From Camelus ferus (taxonomy: Eukaryota), in assembly GCF_009834535.1 (NCBI RefSeq), contig NC_045698.1:4464001-4528000 (forward strand): a DNA stretch of 64,000 nt. The letters run 5' to 3'. The translations under genes were made by a program, and so were the position numbers. The notes below the pieces were generated by a model. That model made no database searches and was not told where the DNA came from. It saw nothing but the letters and a program-made list of their open reading frames with translations. How positions within the stretch are numbered: the stretch's first letter is position 1; each line of letters opens with the position of its first letter. Shown here piece by piece: positions 25,900 to 41,712 of the stretch.

Positions 25900-27720
25900 G
25901 CGCTGCTGTTTCTCGTGTCTTAAGTAAGTGTGAGCGGGGCTGTCTGCTGGTCACCTGCACATCTTCTCCTGTGAACTACCTGTCTGTCCTCTGTCTTCTT
26001 TTCTCTTAAACTGTCCATTTCATATTGATTTGAAGCTGTTTACAAAGCATGGATATGACGTGTTTTCTATTATATACAGAAATTATTTTTTCCCAATGTG
26101 TCACTTTTTAAAAATCTTTATGATGTCTTTTATGTTTATCAAATCACTAAACTATTTAAATGAGTTTTTTAATACCTTTCCAGTTTATCCGCCTGGATTT
26201 TCATGCATAATTACCTGACCTGCAGATCGTGGCAGTGTTCCCCCTTCCCTCCCACCACTGTCCCTCCTCTCTTCTCGTGGTCTCACTGCACTGACCAGGA
26301 CTGTCCATGTGGGCTGATCGAGACAGTGAGCAATGTCTGTTACCTGGTTCCTGCTTCTAATATTTTTATCATTAAGTATGATGTTCAATATAGGATTTCT
26401 GATAAATACCCTTCATCAAGTTAAATAACTTTCCTTCTTGTCTTAGCTGATTGTTATTTTTTAAGGAAAGACTGAGTCTTGAATTTTATAAGTTTTACTA
26501 TTTCAATTTTGCTCCTTTAACCTCTTAATGTTCCTTATGTAACTATATTAAATGTATACATTCATATTTTATTTTGTTATATAAATATGTAATAAGTTAT
26601 ATCTACTATATATAAAATATGCAATTATATAGAAACACATACTAAAATACATAATTATATATACTATATATAAAATATATAAATTGTATAATAAAAATTT
26701 ATATAATTATATAATCCTAATAAAAATACATAAATGTAGAGAATGTAATACTTTATACCCCGAGAATACATCACGGCATGTTCCTTATTTAATTCCCTGC
26801 TGGTCTTGCTTCACTGACATTTTACTTAGCTCTTCACATCCGCGGTAGTGATGTCAGCAGCAGGGGTTCCTTTTGTGTGTGTGTCCTTGTCCATCTGGGG
26901 CCTCCCGGGTTCACCAGAAGAGAATGATCAGGGAAACATTCTGGCTTTTTCTATAAAGTGAATTTAACATAGGAATCAGTTGTTTCCTGAAACTGTGACA
27001 AAGCTCAGCTGAAAATCTCCCAGGACCTTGTGCCTGTTTGGGGCGAGGAGGTGGGTGCGTCTCTAGCCGCCTGTCCCTTGTCTCCAGTTGTTACTCCTGC
27101 TGTGGTTCCTCTCCCGTTCCTGGAACAGCGCTGGTGACTCGATTTCCTGCGTGTTTTCATTTCACCCACGTCGTCAAAGCGCCTGTGCGGGAGGGGATGG
27201 GTGTGTTCTGGCACATTTACGAGTCTCTTCAGTAGTGTCTCCTCTCACCGTCTCTCTGTTGAGCAGTTATCAAAGATTTCTCTATTTTACTGATTTTTCC
27301 AAAAGCTTTTGAATTATTGGTCACCCCTAAGGAGTTTGTGTCCTGTTTCATGACTGTGTTTGCTCAAGTTTGTTACCTGATACTCAGATCCTTATATTCC
27401 ACTCCACTTGTCAGTTTCTGATAGGTGCTATTATTAAACTATCTTAATATAACTGTGGCTTTGTCAATTTCTTCTCCTATTGGTAATATTTTTTGCTTTT
27501 TCAATATTTTGTTGTAAAGTTCTTTAAGGTTAAAGGTTATTATATGTACATGGTAGTTTTTTATAAATAAAAAAATATGAAGTATTTGTTTTTCCCATTT
27601 AATGGGTCTTGCAATGAGTTCTATTTTACTTGATATTAATGTCAACACACCTGGTATCTGCCATAATTTAAAATACACATATTCCCTGACCGATCGATAT
27701 TACTGCTAGGATTTTATTCT
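25900..27720 (-). mobile_element. Old L1 fragments with an embedded AT-rich low-complexity tract (26540-26740)
   Basis: Antisense ORF2-like text (tgtggctttgtcaatttcttctcctattgg; agtatgatgttcaatatagg). Confidence 0.6.
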
Positions 27721-29689
27721 AACCCACATGCCAGGTACAGTATTTGAAATGAAAGTTACAAGGTAATTCTTGTGGGCTTTTTGGGTTAGTAACAAAGGAC
27801 CAGAGACACCCCGTGTCTATTCACAAGGTTTGGTTAAATGGGGGTCCTCTGCTCCAGATGTACTGATGTGAAATAACTTCCAAGCTGTATTATTAAATAC
27901 AAAAAAGTGCTAGGAGCAGCACATTCTGTACTGAAGTCATATTTGTGTGAAAGGGGGAAAGCACCTGCATGGAATATCTCTGGGAAGACAGACAGAAAAT
28001 TACCATTGCTGGTGGCCCTCACGGGGGACAGAGGGGGCTGGGCGAGGAGTGGGGAGGCATCTTGCTGGTCTGAGCCTCTCAAATACTGACCATCATGAAC
28101 ACTGGACTTTTCAAAATAATATTAAAGTAAAACACCCGAACCTCCCTCTCTCATTACCATTTGCCTGTGTCGGTCTCGTTTCAATTTTTTGAGCTGTTTC
28201 GTGTTTTCTGTTTCTGTGTTTTCTTGTTCTTTCTATCCTTGTTTCCTTTTCTCCCTCCCCTTAGACTGACAACATTTTGTTACCTTTTCCCTCCAGTGGG
28301 TAGGGAGTCACTTTCTATTCTTGTTTCTCCTTGACAAACACGTCTCAGTGGTGCAGGGGAGGTGCGGTCCTCAGGCGGGAAGCCCCCCTCTCCCGCCTGC
28401 CACACAATCCAGACCTGCTTCCTTCCGGGAGCCTCAGGTGCTGATCCAAACTTCCTGCCTGCAAATCCCCAGCCTGGGGGCTGTTTCCCAGGGAACCCGA
28501 CTAAAACACACATTGCTGCTGAATCCACCCATCAAAACCGGCCATCACCTCCCTCACAAGCAGGACAAGTCTGCAGCACACCCTGACCTTCCCTCGCCCA
28601 CCAGACTTGATTTGCTGAAATCATTGCGCTGTTCTATATTTATCTGTACTTTACATCTCTGCCTCTCCAAAGACTGGGCCATGCAAATGGTCCAGTGCTA
28701 ATCATGAAAGATGATCAATTATCAAGGCATATCTGAATGTCGGTGCTGGCTGGATTCCATCAGTGCGTGCTCTGGACCCTTCATATTGTTTGTACTTGTC
28801 ATTGTTTAAGACTGGCTTAAACATTTAGAAATATTGTTACTGGGAAATGCTATTTGTTGCAACCAAAATCCACCTGGAAAAACAAACCCCCAATATTTAA
28901 TTTAAAAATGTATAGTCTTTCTTCTGACACCAATAACAATCTTACAAAAAATTTAATTGGAACATGAATTTGCATAATTTCCCAAGCACTCGGATAATTT
29001 AATGCAAGGCCGCTGTTTTCCAGTTTTTATTAGCTTTTTGTTCCCTGCTTTAAAACAATCGGAAGTTTGGCTCTGAGGGTGGCAGGTGCTGGTGATGGAA
29101 ACTGGTGTTGGCAATCAAACACTGGGGTCAGATGTGTAACTTCTGTACTTCCCACTATGACCAGTTCCTGAGCTGTCTACCCCAGGCAGGCCTAGGGGAG
29201 GCGAACTGAAACACCCCTCCCCAAACCCACAGAAAGAACTGAGAGCAGGCGATGATCCAGGCGACGCTATGTGGTTCCACGGCTCCATGTCTGACCGCGG
29301 TAGGCACTCCTGAGACTGCGGACCTTTGCAGCGGCGGACCGTGTGAGCACGACCCACCACGTAAGCGGCATGCACTTCACCCTCCCGATCTCCGTCTGCC
29401 CTGAGCAAAAGGTTTTATCCAACGGCAGAAAGAAAGAAGGGCTCATCAGTGAGCGTCTTGTCCTAGCAACCTAAAAACACCAGCCTCCACCTCGAAAACA
29501 CTGGCTGCCAAGTGTTTCGTTCACATTACCGTGTGGTTTCTATCACACCTGACTGATAAGAGTTAATATAAATAAATCATGTAAACATCATTTGCAAAGG
29601 CCAGCCATTGTCCTGTCAGACGACTATTATTACCTAGGCCTTGCTTTGCTTAGATGTCAAATTGGGGGGCGTGGGGGGAATCTGGCTAA

Positions 29690-29790
29690 ATACTCAAGGC
29701 TGGTTTTGTTGACCAAATGAGCCCATGGAAACGATGATGCAGTCTGGACAGACTTGGGTTTGAATCTTGGCTCCACCATTCAAATTGCTC
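29690..29790 (+). mobile_element. MIR remnant
   Basis: gtctggacagacttgggtttgaatcttggctccacc. Confidence 0.55.
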
Positions 29791-30429
29791 TTGACAACCT
29801 ACCCACGTCTAACAGATTATAACTACACAAAATGTTTGCAAAGAATCTCAACTTAACAAATGTTAGCCGTCTTCACTGCAAAGAAAACACCAAGGGTTCT
29901 AATTTGTTTCACAGTATTACATTGTTAGATGAGCTAAGGTTACTTTAACCAATAGCCTCCACTCTGGCCACACGTCAGACCAGATGGGGTTTAGACTCCA
30001 CCACAGCCATACGAAATAGACTCTCCAACAAGCACGGGCCAGAGATCCTCATCTTAAAGAAGCTCTGGAGGAAAAACTTTAAGAGAACGAAGATCTCCCC
30101 TTTTCTTTGGTTGGTGCTGAAGTTCATGCCGTCACTGGCCAGTAGGGTCTTCGGCGGGGGAGGGGGGATGAGGCTGGTCCTGGCACAGCCAGTAGGGGTC
30201 AGGGGGGCCACAGTCTGAGGCTCTCAGCCCCAGCCAAAGGGGGAGAGTAGTACACTGGACAAACTGAAAGTGAGGAAAATCAGTGCCCTGGTGCTTACGT
30301 GGGAGGGAAAGGAGGATAAACATGGAAGGGGGGCTACAACAACCGTGTTGGGCTGAAATCAGAGGTGGTGGTGTGACATGTGTTAATTTACAGGTAACAC
30401 ATACAGGTGTATAAACGTAGCCTGTGCAC

Positions 30430-31590
30430 ACATACACCTTTTATTTCCTAGTAGCAGTGAGCACACCAAATGCCAGGTCTTGGCTTCTAACTACCAGGCT
30501 CCACAAAAAGGACCAGGGCTCCGGGGGTGACCTGAGGGCTGGAGCATCGCGCATGAAGTAGGATGGTGGGGACGTGCAGAAGGATGTTGGAACCAACCAG
30601 AAACAGCTCTCACCAGCCAAGTCTAGGACAATGAGGACCAGAAAACAAGTGACGGTAACAGACACTTTACTAAATAAAACAGGAACCCTTGAGTCCATAT
30701 GATATAAATAACTGAATGAAGAAATGGAGCAGAGGGGAAAGCGCTTAATGTAGACGGCAAACCCGTAATGCAGAGGGGCAGTAAAATTGGAAATTAACAT
30801 CTGGCAACTCTCATGGTAAACTGGTCCAGGCAAAAGTTGCCAAGAGATGCTAAAGCTGGTAGCTCAAGTTCGATAAGAGACATATATACACTCTAAAAGT
30901 GTCTCCCTGCAGAATACCTATTAAGCTTTAAGTGAAGGGATGTGGAGGCAGTTACACTTAAGTAGAGCTTCACTTCACTAGGAAGGTGACAAATCCACAC
31001 CACGAGCCTCTCGATGTGCTCCAGTGAAACAGAGCTCACCACTGTAGCACCCTTGTCGAGATGTGTAAACCACGAGGACACATCAGATAAACCCAAACTG
31101 AAGAATGTTCCATAAAGTAATCGACCTGTCCTCCCCTGAATATGTCACAGATCACAAAGGACAGACTGAGAACTGCTTCAGTTGGGAGTGAACACAAACG
31201 CCATACAATGAAACACAGCTGACCTGTGAAGGGCACTGCTGGGCCACCTGGCAGAATGCGGTCGGTGGGTGGAGGGAGCCTTGTATCAATGCCTATACTT
31301 GGGCTGTGATTTCAGAAGAGGCGGGTTTCCAGCAAAGATACGCTGAAGTTACGGGATAATGAAACACGTCTGCAACTAACTCACGTGGTTCAGAAAAAAA
31401 ATCAGTCACACACAGGAATTTAGGTGAAGGGTAAGAGTTCTTTATACTGAGTCAGGAAGTATTTCAAAATCAAGAGACTTAGGAGACAAATGAAGCAAAC
31501 GCAATGTGTGGTCTGTTTGTCCAAACCAACTTAAAAAACAAATTGAGACTAATAAGCAAATGGAAATATTAACTAAGCTATTTGTGGGGG
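30430..31590 (+). mobile_element. L1MC-type 3'UTR
   Basis: agtagcagtgagcacaccaaatgccaggtcttggcttctaactacc...aaataaaacaggaacccttgagtccat. Confidence 0.75.
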
Positions 31591-31594
31591 TTTG

Positions 31595-33110
31595 ATCTTT
31601 ATTTCCCGTCTCCTAGCAACCACTTTCCTACTCTTTCTGAGTTCAATTTTTCTTTTTTAGGTTCCACATATAAATGACACCATGCAGTATCTTTCTCTCT
31701 GCCTGGCTTATTTCTGTTAGCATATTTCCTCGAGGTCCATCCAGGCTCACAACGATAGGGTTCCCTTTTTATGGCTGAGTAATACCCCACTGCATATATA
31801 CGTACCACATTTTCTTCATCGATCCACCTGTTGATGAACATTTAGATTTACCTGTTTCCATACCTGAGCTACTGTGAACAATGTTACGATGAATATGGGC
31901 ATGCAGGTATGCCTCGGAGGTAAGTTTCACCCCCTTTGGATAAATACTCAGAGGTAGGATTGCTGGATGATCTGGTAATTCTACTTTTAACTTCTTGAAG
32001 AACCTCCAGACTATTTTCCATAGTGGCTGGACCAGTTTATATTCCCACTAACGATGTACAAGGGTTCTGTTCCCCACACCCTCACCAGCACTCGTCGTTT
32101 TGAGAAGGCACCCTAACAGGTTGTGAAGTGATGCCTTATTGTGGTTTTGATTTGCACTTCCCTGATGATAGTGTTTTCTTGTATCTGTTGACCATTTGCC
32201 TCCTTTGGAAAAGTGTCTATTTAGGTCCTTTGCCGTTTTTTTTTTTTTTTTTTTCCTTTCTTGTGAATTCAGTTGTACGAGTTTCTCGCATGTTTTCCAT
32301 ATTAAGCCCTTCTCAGATAGTGGTTTGCATTTTCTCCCAAACTATAGGTTGCCTTTTCATTTCGTTGGTTTCCTTTGCTGGGCAGCTTTTGTTTGAATGT
32401 AGTCTACCCTGTTTATTTTTGCTTGTGGTGCCTTTGCTTTTGTCGTCATGTCCAAAAAATCACTGCCAAGACCCATGCCAAGGAGCTTACCCTGTTTTCT
32501 TCCAGGAGTTTCATGGTTTCGGTCTTACCTTCAATGCTTTCAACCGCTTTGAGTTGATTTCCGTGTACAGGGTAAGAGAGGGGTCCAGTTTCATTCTTTT
32601 GCACGTGGCAATCCTGTTTTCCCAACACTATTGATTGACGAGAGCATCCTCTTCCCATTGTATACTCTCGGTTCCTTGGACAAAAACTGACCAAATACGC
32701 ATGGGTTTGTTCCTGGGCTCTCTATTCGGTACTACTAACCTGTCTTGTTGTATACCAATAGCACACAGTCTTGATTGCTACAGCTTTTTAATATAATTTG
32801 AAATCAGGAAATAGAGTGCTTCTAGCTTTCTTCTTTTTCTCAAGATTCCTTTNNNNNNNNNNNNNNNNNNNNNNNNNNNNNNNNNNNNNNNNNNNNNNNN
32901 NNNNNNNNNNNNNNNNNNNNNNNNNNNNNNNNNNNNNNNNNNNNNNNNNNNNNNNNNNNNNNNNNNNNNNNNNNNNNNNNNNNNNNNNNNNNNNNNNNNN
33001 NNNNNNNNNNNNNNCAACATATCTTTCCATTTATTTGTCTTCAATTTCTTTCACCCACGTCTTACAGTTTTCAGTGTACAGAATTTTCACGTAAGCTATT
33101 TGACACTAAG
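31595..33110 (-). mobile_element. L1MA/MB-type element (3'UTR plus ORF2 end), with N gap
   Basis: ttaggttccacatataaatgacaccatgcagtatc...gggtccagtttcattcttttgcacgtgg...cttgattgctacagctttt. Confidence 0.9.
32853..33014. other. Assembly gap (162 N)
   Basis: N run inside an L1. Confidence 0.99.
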
Positions 33111-33834
33111 GAATTGTTACTGTTTTGGTGTGAAGTCACTGAGGTTATTTTTTGAAAAGAAAAAGGGTCCTTATCTTTTGAAATGTTACTGGATGCAATT
33201 TACTTCAAAACAATACAAAGAGATGGGTGGTGAAATGAGCAGGGCTATTAATCAGACTGTTAACTCTAAACGCCAAGTGACAGGGACAGGCTCACCATCC
33301 CACACTCTGCTCTTCTGACATTTGGAAACTGTCTTGGAAGCTGTGTCACCAGCACCCAGAGCCCTGCCTGGCACACAGCAGGGACTTAGTAAGTGATCAA
33401 CTGAAGCGGCCCCGCAGGTCCTGCCTGAGGAGCACCACCCGCAGGTTCTCCAACAACAGTGCACGAGGGAGCCGGTTCAGCACTGGAGAGGGCTCTCAGA
33501 TTGCTCAGGGAACCTTGCACCCACCCACATCTGCCTCACGGTAGCCGCGGCATCAACACCGCCCTCTAGAGGATCAAAGATGAACACACAAGACAGTCAT
33601 TCAAGTGCTCTCACTGCTACCTACTCACTTTACTTGAGTAGAAACTGACACACTGTAAATGGACGATGCTTCAGCTTACAAGAGGGGAAAGGAGAAAAGC
33701 AGCTTTCACGTTCATGTTCCTTTCACCAGCTAATGCTTGACTACGAACATTTCCATTAAACCAAAAGTAAGTTTACTCCTTCTGACTTACAAAGAATAAA
33801 ACAGGAGTCGTGCACATAACGCGCTCTCACTAAT

Positions 33835-33980
33835 TTTATTTCAACTTTCCAAGGATCCCAAACCCCATGTAAAAAATAAAATAGCAGAGCACTCCAATAA
33901 AAGCCCATAAAACCCTCATAATTAGTATCACAATTCATGATACAGCTCTTACTCTGAAAAAGTTTATTTTACCCTTTATT
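33835..33980 (-). terminator. Candidate NSUN2 polyadenylation signals (three AATAAA on - strand)
   Basis: tttatt on + at 33975-33980, 33963-33968 and 33835-33840, about 490-630 nt past the stop codon. Confidence 0.65.
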
Positions 33981-34470
33981 ACAAAGGCACGGAAGTCATC
34001 TGAGACCTCAGATATCCACCCCACTGAGGATTACTGTTGCACTAACGTGCAACTAATGTAAGGTATTAAAGCTGATAGTACAGTTTTCTATCAATTCGTG
34101 AGGAGTTATACATTCTCTCTATAAAGAATCCTTAGAAGAAATAGTGAGCCTTTAGACCAATGCAGGCAGAACAGGGGCCTGAACCCTTCTGTAAGGGCAG
34201 TTCTGTTTCTTGGCGGAGTAAGACTTTAAAGATGAAAGTCTATTCCCAGCAACGGGCACAGTGGGCCCAACTTTGCCAGAGAAACCAAGTAACACGAGCA
34301 ACTTCTAACAAGCTGGTAAAGCCCCTCTCCGGAAGGCCTGCACGGAAGGAGTCCCGGGATCGCTCACGGCCCCTTCACCCACCAGCCCCCGGTCTTCCCA
34401 GACACGTGCCTTCCGGGTCAGAAGCGGCCCTGGGTTTGGTCTCAGACCCCAAGGGGAGGCCCCGGCCCCC

Positions 34471-34878
<408 letters not shown>

Positions 34879-35898
34879 CTATGGCGGGTTTTCTCAAAGG
34901 AACCTCTTTCCTTCCTCATGTCCCTGAATATTATCCACACCCTCAGGCTGGCCAGTTTCTCCTTCTAAAAGCTGACTGTGGAATAACACTCAAATTGGCA
35001 GCTTTCAAACCCTTTCAATGTCTGAATTTCCAAATACTTCCATCTTCTCAAATTTGAAGACCTCTCTATAAATTCCTAAAGCTGCCTTTTCTCTTGTACT
35101 TCAACTAGCAGAAACTCGTGAATGTGGAAAAGAGAATCCACATCTTAAAAAATAGTCTGCAGTTTTCTATGTGAGCCCCACAAGTACTGTCATTTTAAAA
35201 CTCACCTGCTGTCTTACTCTCAGCCCCACCCCCACACGAGCTGCTCTCTGCACGGCAGCCGAAGGCAGCTGGAGACCGCGAGGCCGAGGTCACGCGCCCC
35301 GCAGATGGGCAGGCTGCCTGGATGGACCTGCCCTCCTGCGCACAGCCCCACTCAGACTGCTTCTCAGCTTCCTCCTCGCCCCTCAGGTTCAGCTCAAGTA
35401 TCTTCCAGAGAAGCTGCCAAATCCCCCTCCAGCCCTGACTCGTTTCACTTCCTCCTTGGGAAACTGTTTTATTTGACAAAGAGGCGGCTGTTAAATGTAA
35501 AACCCGGGTCGGGTGCAAATCCTGCCTCTGCCTCTGCCTGGCTGGGGCGCTCTGGGCACCACCTGCGCTCGCTGTCCCATTCCTGGCAAGTGCTGACCGT
35601 GCAGGACATGCTCCCCAGGGAGGGGCAGCCCAGAACAGCGGTCACCTGGTGGCTGCCACCACCGGCAGGGCTCGAGGAACTCAACCTCTCTTCGCTGGTC
35701 TATCCTTACACTCACTCTGTTTGAGGCAGAAGTTAGAATTCGCTTTCTGAGGCCCAGGGAGTAGGACTGTGCACTGCATCCCGTGGTAAATAAGACTTCT
35801 CCTGGTCTGAGATCCCCACGGCCCCATCTGAGCCTGAGGCCACCCCCTGCACCCCGACGAGAACGCGGTGGCTCCGCGAGCAGGAGCAGCTCACTCAC

Positions 35899-35938
35899 GT
35901 GGGGTCCGGCTCGTACTTCAGGACGACGCTGCCTTTGG
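35899..35938 (-). CDS. NSUN2: NSUN2 exon 18 (AKGSVVLKYEPDP)
   Basis: Acceptor cttgcag|CC; donor AC|GTGAGT; 40 nt. Confidence 0.97.
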
Positions 35939-36782
35939 CTGCAAGAGAAGCAGGGGCGCATCAGCCAAGCCCTCGGGGAGGTGGGGGGGGGGGGCTCTGC
36001 TGCACACGTTTATGAGCCCAGAGAACAATAATCCCTGCTCTTGGTCTCGGGGGTCTCGACAGAGAAAAGAGGCCTTTCTTTCTAAAACCACGACGCCATC
36101 GGCAGGCCCAGCCCCAAAAGGAGCAGTGGAGACGTGCGTAGGCTCGAGTCAGACCATTAGGGAGCTGGGTGAAGCTACTCAGCAAGTCTCTCAGACACAG
36201 GCAGGTGGGCATTAACTGCTGGTTAATTCTCAAAATTCAAGATGAAATAAATAATTTCTCCAACTCCCAGAAACAGCATGGAACAACACAGGAAAACTGT
36301 CAAAAACTATGTTGCCATCACCTAAATAAATGTGGGGTTAACTGAAAGAAGAGAGCAAGGACAGGCAGCTCCTTCTCCTGGACAGGCCGGCGCAGCGGCC
36401 GCGGCCCCGCCGAGGGAGGCAGCCCATGCCGGCCCGTGCGGTCCGCTCCGGGTGCCAGCTGCAGGCACAGGACTCAAGAGTACACAACTTCAGGAACTGA
36501 TGTGTGCGGTTTTCACCAAATTGAGCCAAAAACACTGAACAAGTTATAAAAAAATAAACACTGAGAAGACAAGCAGAATTGGAAGCCTCGGTGGGGTTAT
36601 TTCTGTTCTTAGGCGGAAACGTGACCAGAGTGACTCGAGGTGGCAGCTGATGGGACAGAACAGCAAGGACGCCTGTGTGGCTGGGACCCACACCCGCACC
36701 AACGGCCATGGGGTCTCACTGGGGGGAGCAGAGCAACCCCAGGGATGCCCCTGACCTTCAGGATACAGAGGTATCAGTTCTA

Positions 36783-37088
<306 letters not shown>

Positions 37089-37312
37089 TCACCATTATGC
37101 ACAGTAGCAACCACCCCTCATCCAGCAGGAAGCGAGCCCTGCCCTCCCCACCCCATGGCAGGCGGGGCACCGGGGATACACGTGGTATCTGTGAGCAAAC
37201 ACACCCCTCCCCAACCCCAGCAGGAACCCAGCGGGAGAGCTCGGTGGCAGAGTGCCCCAGCTGGAAGAAGCCAGCCCAGCTCCAGGCGGCCCGGACCTGC
37301 TGGGCCAGCTCA

Positions 37313-37462
<150 letters not shown>

Positions 37463-37794
37463 TCAGATGAAACACACACACAACTGAAAGCCAGGATAAT
37501 TGGTTAAAACACTCCCTTCTACTGTGAGGAGACAGAGCTACAAGCAGCTGCTGAAAAAAAGAAAAAAGGAAAGAAAAAGTGGAAAATACCCGAAGAGCCA
37601 TCTGACTAAACTAGGGGGCCTCCTGGTCCCGGTTTATGCGGCTTACACTGACTAGCAGTTAGCGCAACAGACATTAAAGCCAGGAAAGCAGAGAAAGACC
37701 ACGTAACACACACGCCACGGGCCCGCAGGAGCAAGGATGCTGTCACCCTGGGACCCCCAGTGGCAGCCAAGAGAGGACGACAAAGAGGCACCTA

Positions 37795-38343
<549 letters not shown>

Positions 38344-39059
38344 TCACTGTCTCTAGCATCCCACTCTCCCCAAAAAGAACTCATTTCTCAAACTCAGTGT
38401 GGCTTAAAGGGCGCTGGAGCTCCGCTCGCTGGACATGGACTTCTGACTTCACCCACTCCACCCAAAACCTCCAGGAGTTCCATCTGAGTACAGCTAGGTC
38501 TGGGGTCTGCGTTAACAGGTGTGGCTTCCCCCTCAACTGCTGCTCTGATGACACAGCTGAGGACACCCACCTCCTCCAGAGACGTTTTAGGAGAGATTTT
38601 TACAAATGCAGGCAAGTACCAGTTATCCACAGGACAACGGAAGCGACCACTCTGGGGAACAGACACTGAATTTAACAAGCAAGGGATGAACCTGACACGC
38701 CATCCTGAGCACCTCTCCCCTATTCCACCTGGAAATCCCACCCAGACCCCCTGAGTCGGAAGCGAGGTGGGGAGCCCGGCCCCCGATCCTGAAGCTCAAC
38801 TGAGTGGGCCACACTGGGGCTCACGGCCCAGAGCGCCCCATCCTCCCCACCTTTCCCTCTGGGTGGTCTTCCTTCTCTGGTTACCGGGCACCTGAAAAGG
38901 AAGGGCTCAGCAAACACCTTCCGAAGTTCCACCCAGCTCTAACACGCACTTCAGAAGGAGCTAAATTAAAGACTATGGTTAAATGTGACCACGTGTGCAC
39001 GTGGAACTCTACAGTAAACGTATCTAAATGAAGAATTTAAAAGGTTGAATTAATCCTTA

Positions 39060-39380
<321 letters not shown>

Positions 39381-39492
39381 TCACCCAGGCCCGCCCCAGC
39401 CAAGGCACCACAGGGGCGCTCTGGGGTCCAACATAATCTACAGGTGCTAGGCGGACACGAGGACACCAGGATTGGGACACAACCGTTTCTTA

Positions 39493-39693
<201 letters not shown>

Positions 39694-40453
39694 TTACACT
39701 CAGACTGCGACCCGCCCCACCCTGACGGCAGCTCACAAACTCCACCCGAGTGATGGCAGCATTTTATGTGTAAAAGAGAGACACCAGGACTTTTTTAAAG
39801 CAAGTATTTTAAATCTGTTTGCCAGTATAAGCAGAATTCATGGGCACTGAGTCTAGTTTTGCTTGCTTCTCCAAAGGTTAAGCATTATTTGTCCTCACTT
39901 TCAGGCACGAACCAGGAAGCAGGACAGACCTGCAGACCGACTGCGGGCCGGCCGTGGGTGCCGACGGCAGAGCGTGCAAGGTCCCCCGGCAGGTTACAGC
40001 GGAGGGCAGCACGCTGGCGGCAACTGTGTCAAGACTCAGGCTCGATCACTCTGCTTTGTGGCCTCCCTCCCCGCGATCCAGGAGCCACTGAGGCTTGTTA
40101 TGCCAGGTCAGGCCAGGTCTGTGTCCCCTTCAGCCAGGCCTGGACAGCCTGTCACTCCCCCCACGGCCACAGGGAAGGAAGCAGAGCACAGGCGCCGGCT
40201 GGCGGAGGTGGGGGCGCCGTTCTGATTCTGAGCAGCAGAGCAGTCTTTACATTTTTATTCAAGAACTGGACTTGAAATGTAGGAAGAATACACTTCCCAA
40301 ACTGCTTTTTCCACTTGTTTCTCCCTCGTAAGAAATGGTTGGTTTTTGGAAAACTCAAAATTTAAATGAACCCCTCATCCCACACACACATTCTCGACCT
40401 GACCTCTGCCAGCTTTTGCCACAAATGCATGAAAAGACCGAATGGTGCGCTCA

Positions 40454-40603
<150 letters not shown>

Positions 40604-40889
40604 TTACCCTTTTTACCTGATCCAAAACACAATCTTTCGCTGTAAAGAGTCATGCAACCCTCACTCACAGCATGGCCAACGTGTAATCTGTGAAAAGTGA
40701 ATGTGGTGCTCTATTCTACGTATCACCATTTAGGTTCAAAGCACTTTCACTGTTTACAAATGTTTGATGCCAGCAGTTAACAGGCTGGAGAAATCTCCCC
40801 TGCTGGAAAGCTCACCTATTGGGTCGGCCATGGGCACAGCCAGGCCATGCAGGAATGCCAGGGGCCCCACTGCCTGCCCCCACAACTCA

Positions 40890-41252
<363 letters not shown>

Positions 41253-41580
41253 TCAACAGAAAAGTGACTGGTTTCATATTGGAAACAAAGCTTGAATCCC
41301 AGCCAAATAAAAGGAAAAAAAGCAAAGCTATACTTATGGGATGAGAATAAACAAAGCTGCTTCTACCTGCAGAATGAAGACAGGAAAACTTTTCCACTGC
41401 CAGACAAAAATATTTATACAATCTTGCTAATTTGCCATTCAACAGAATTTTGAAGTTGATTCTAAGCCATATAACCCAATGTACTATTCACTCAAGTTAC
41501 CCAAATGTGGACGCTTTAAAACTTCCACAATTCTAACAAGTCTACTTCAGCTGACCCGCTCTTCTGAGCCAGGGTCCTCA

Positions 41581-41712
<132 letters not shown>

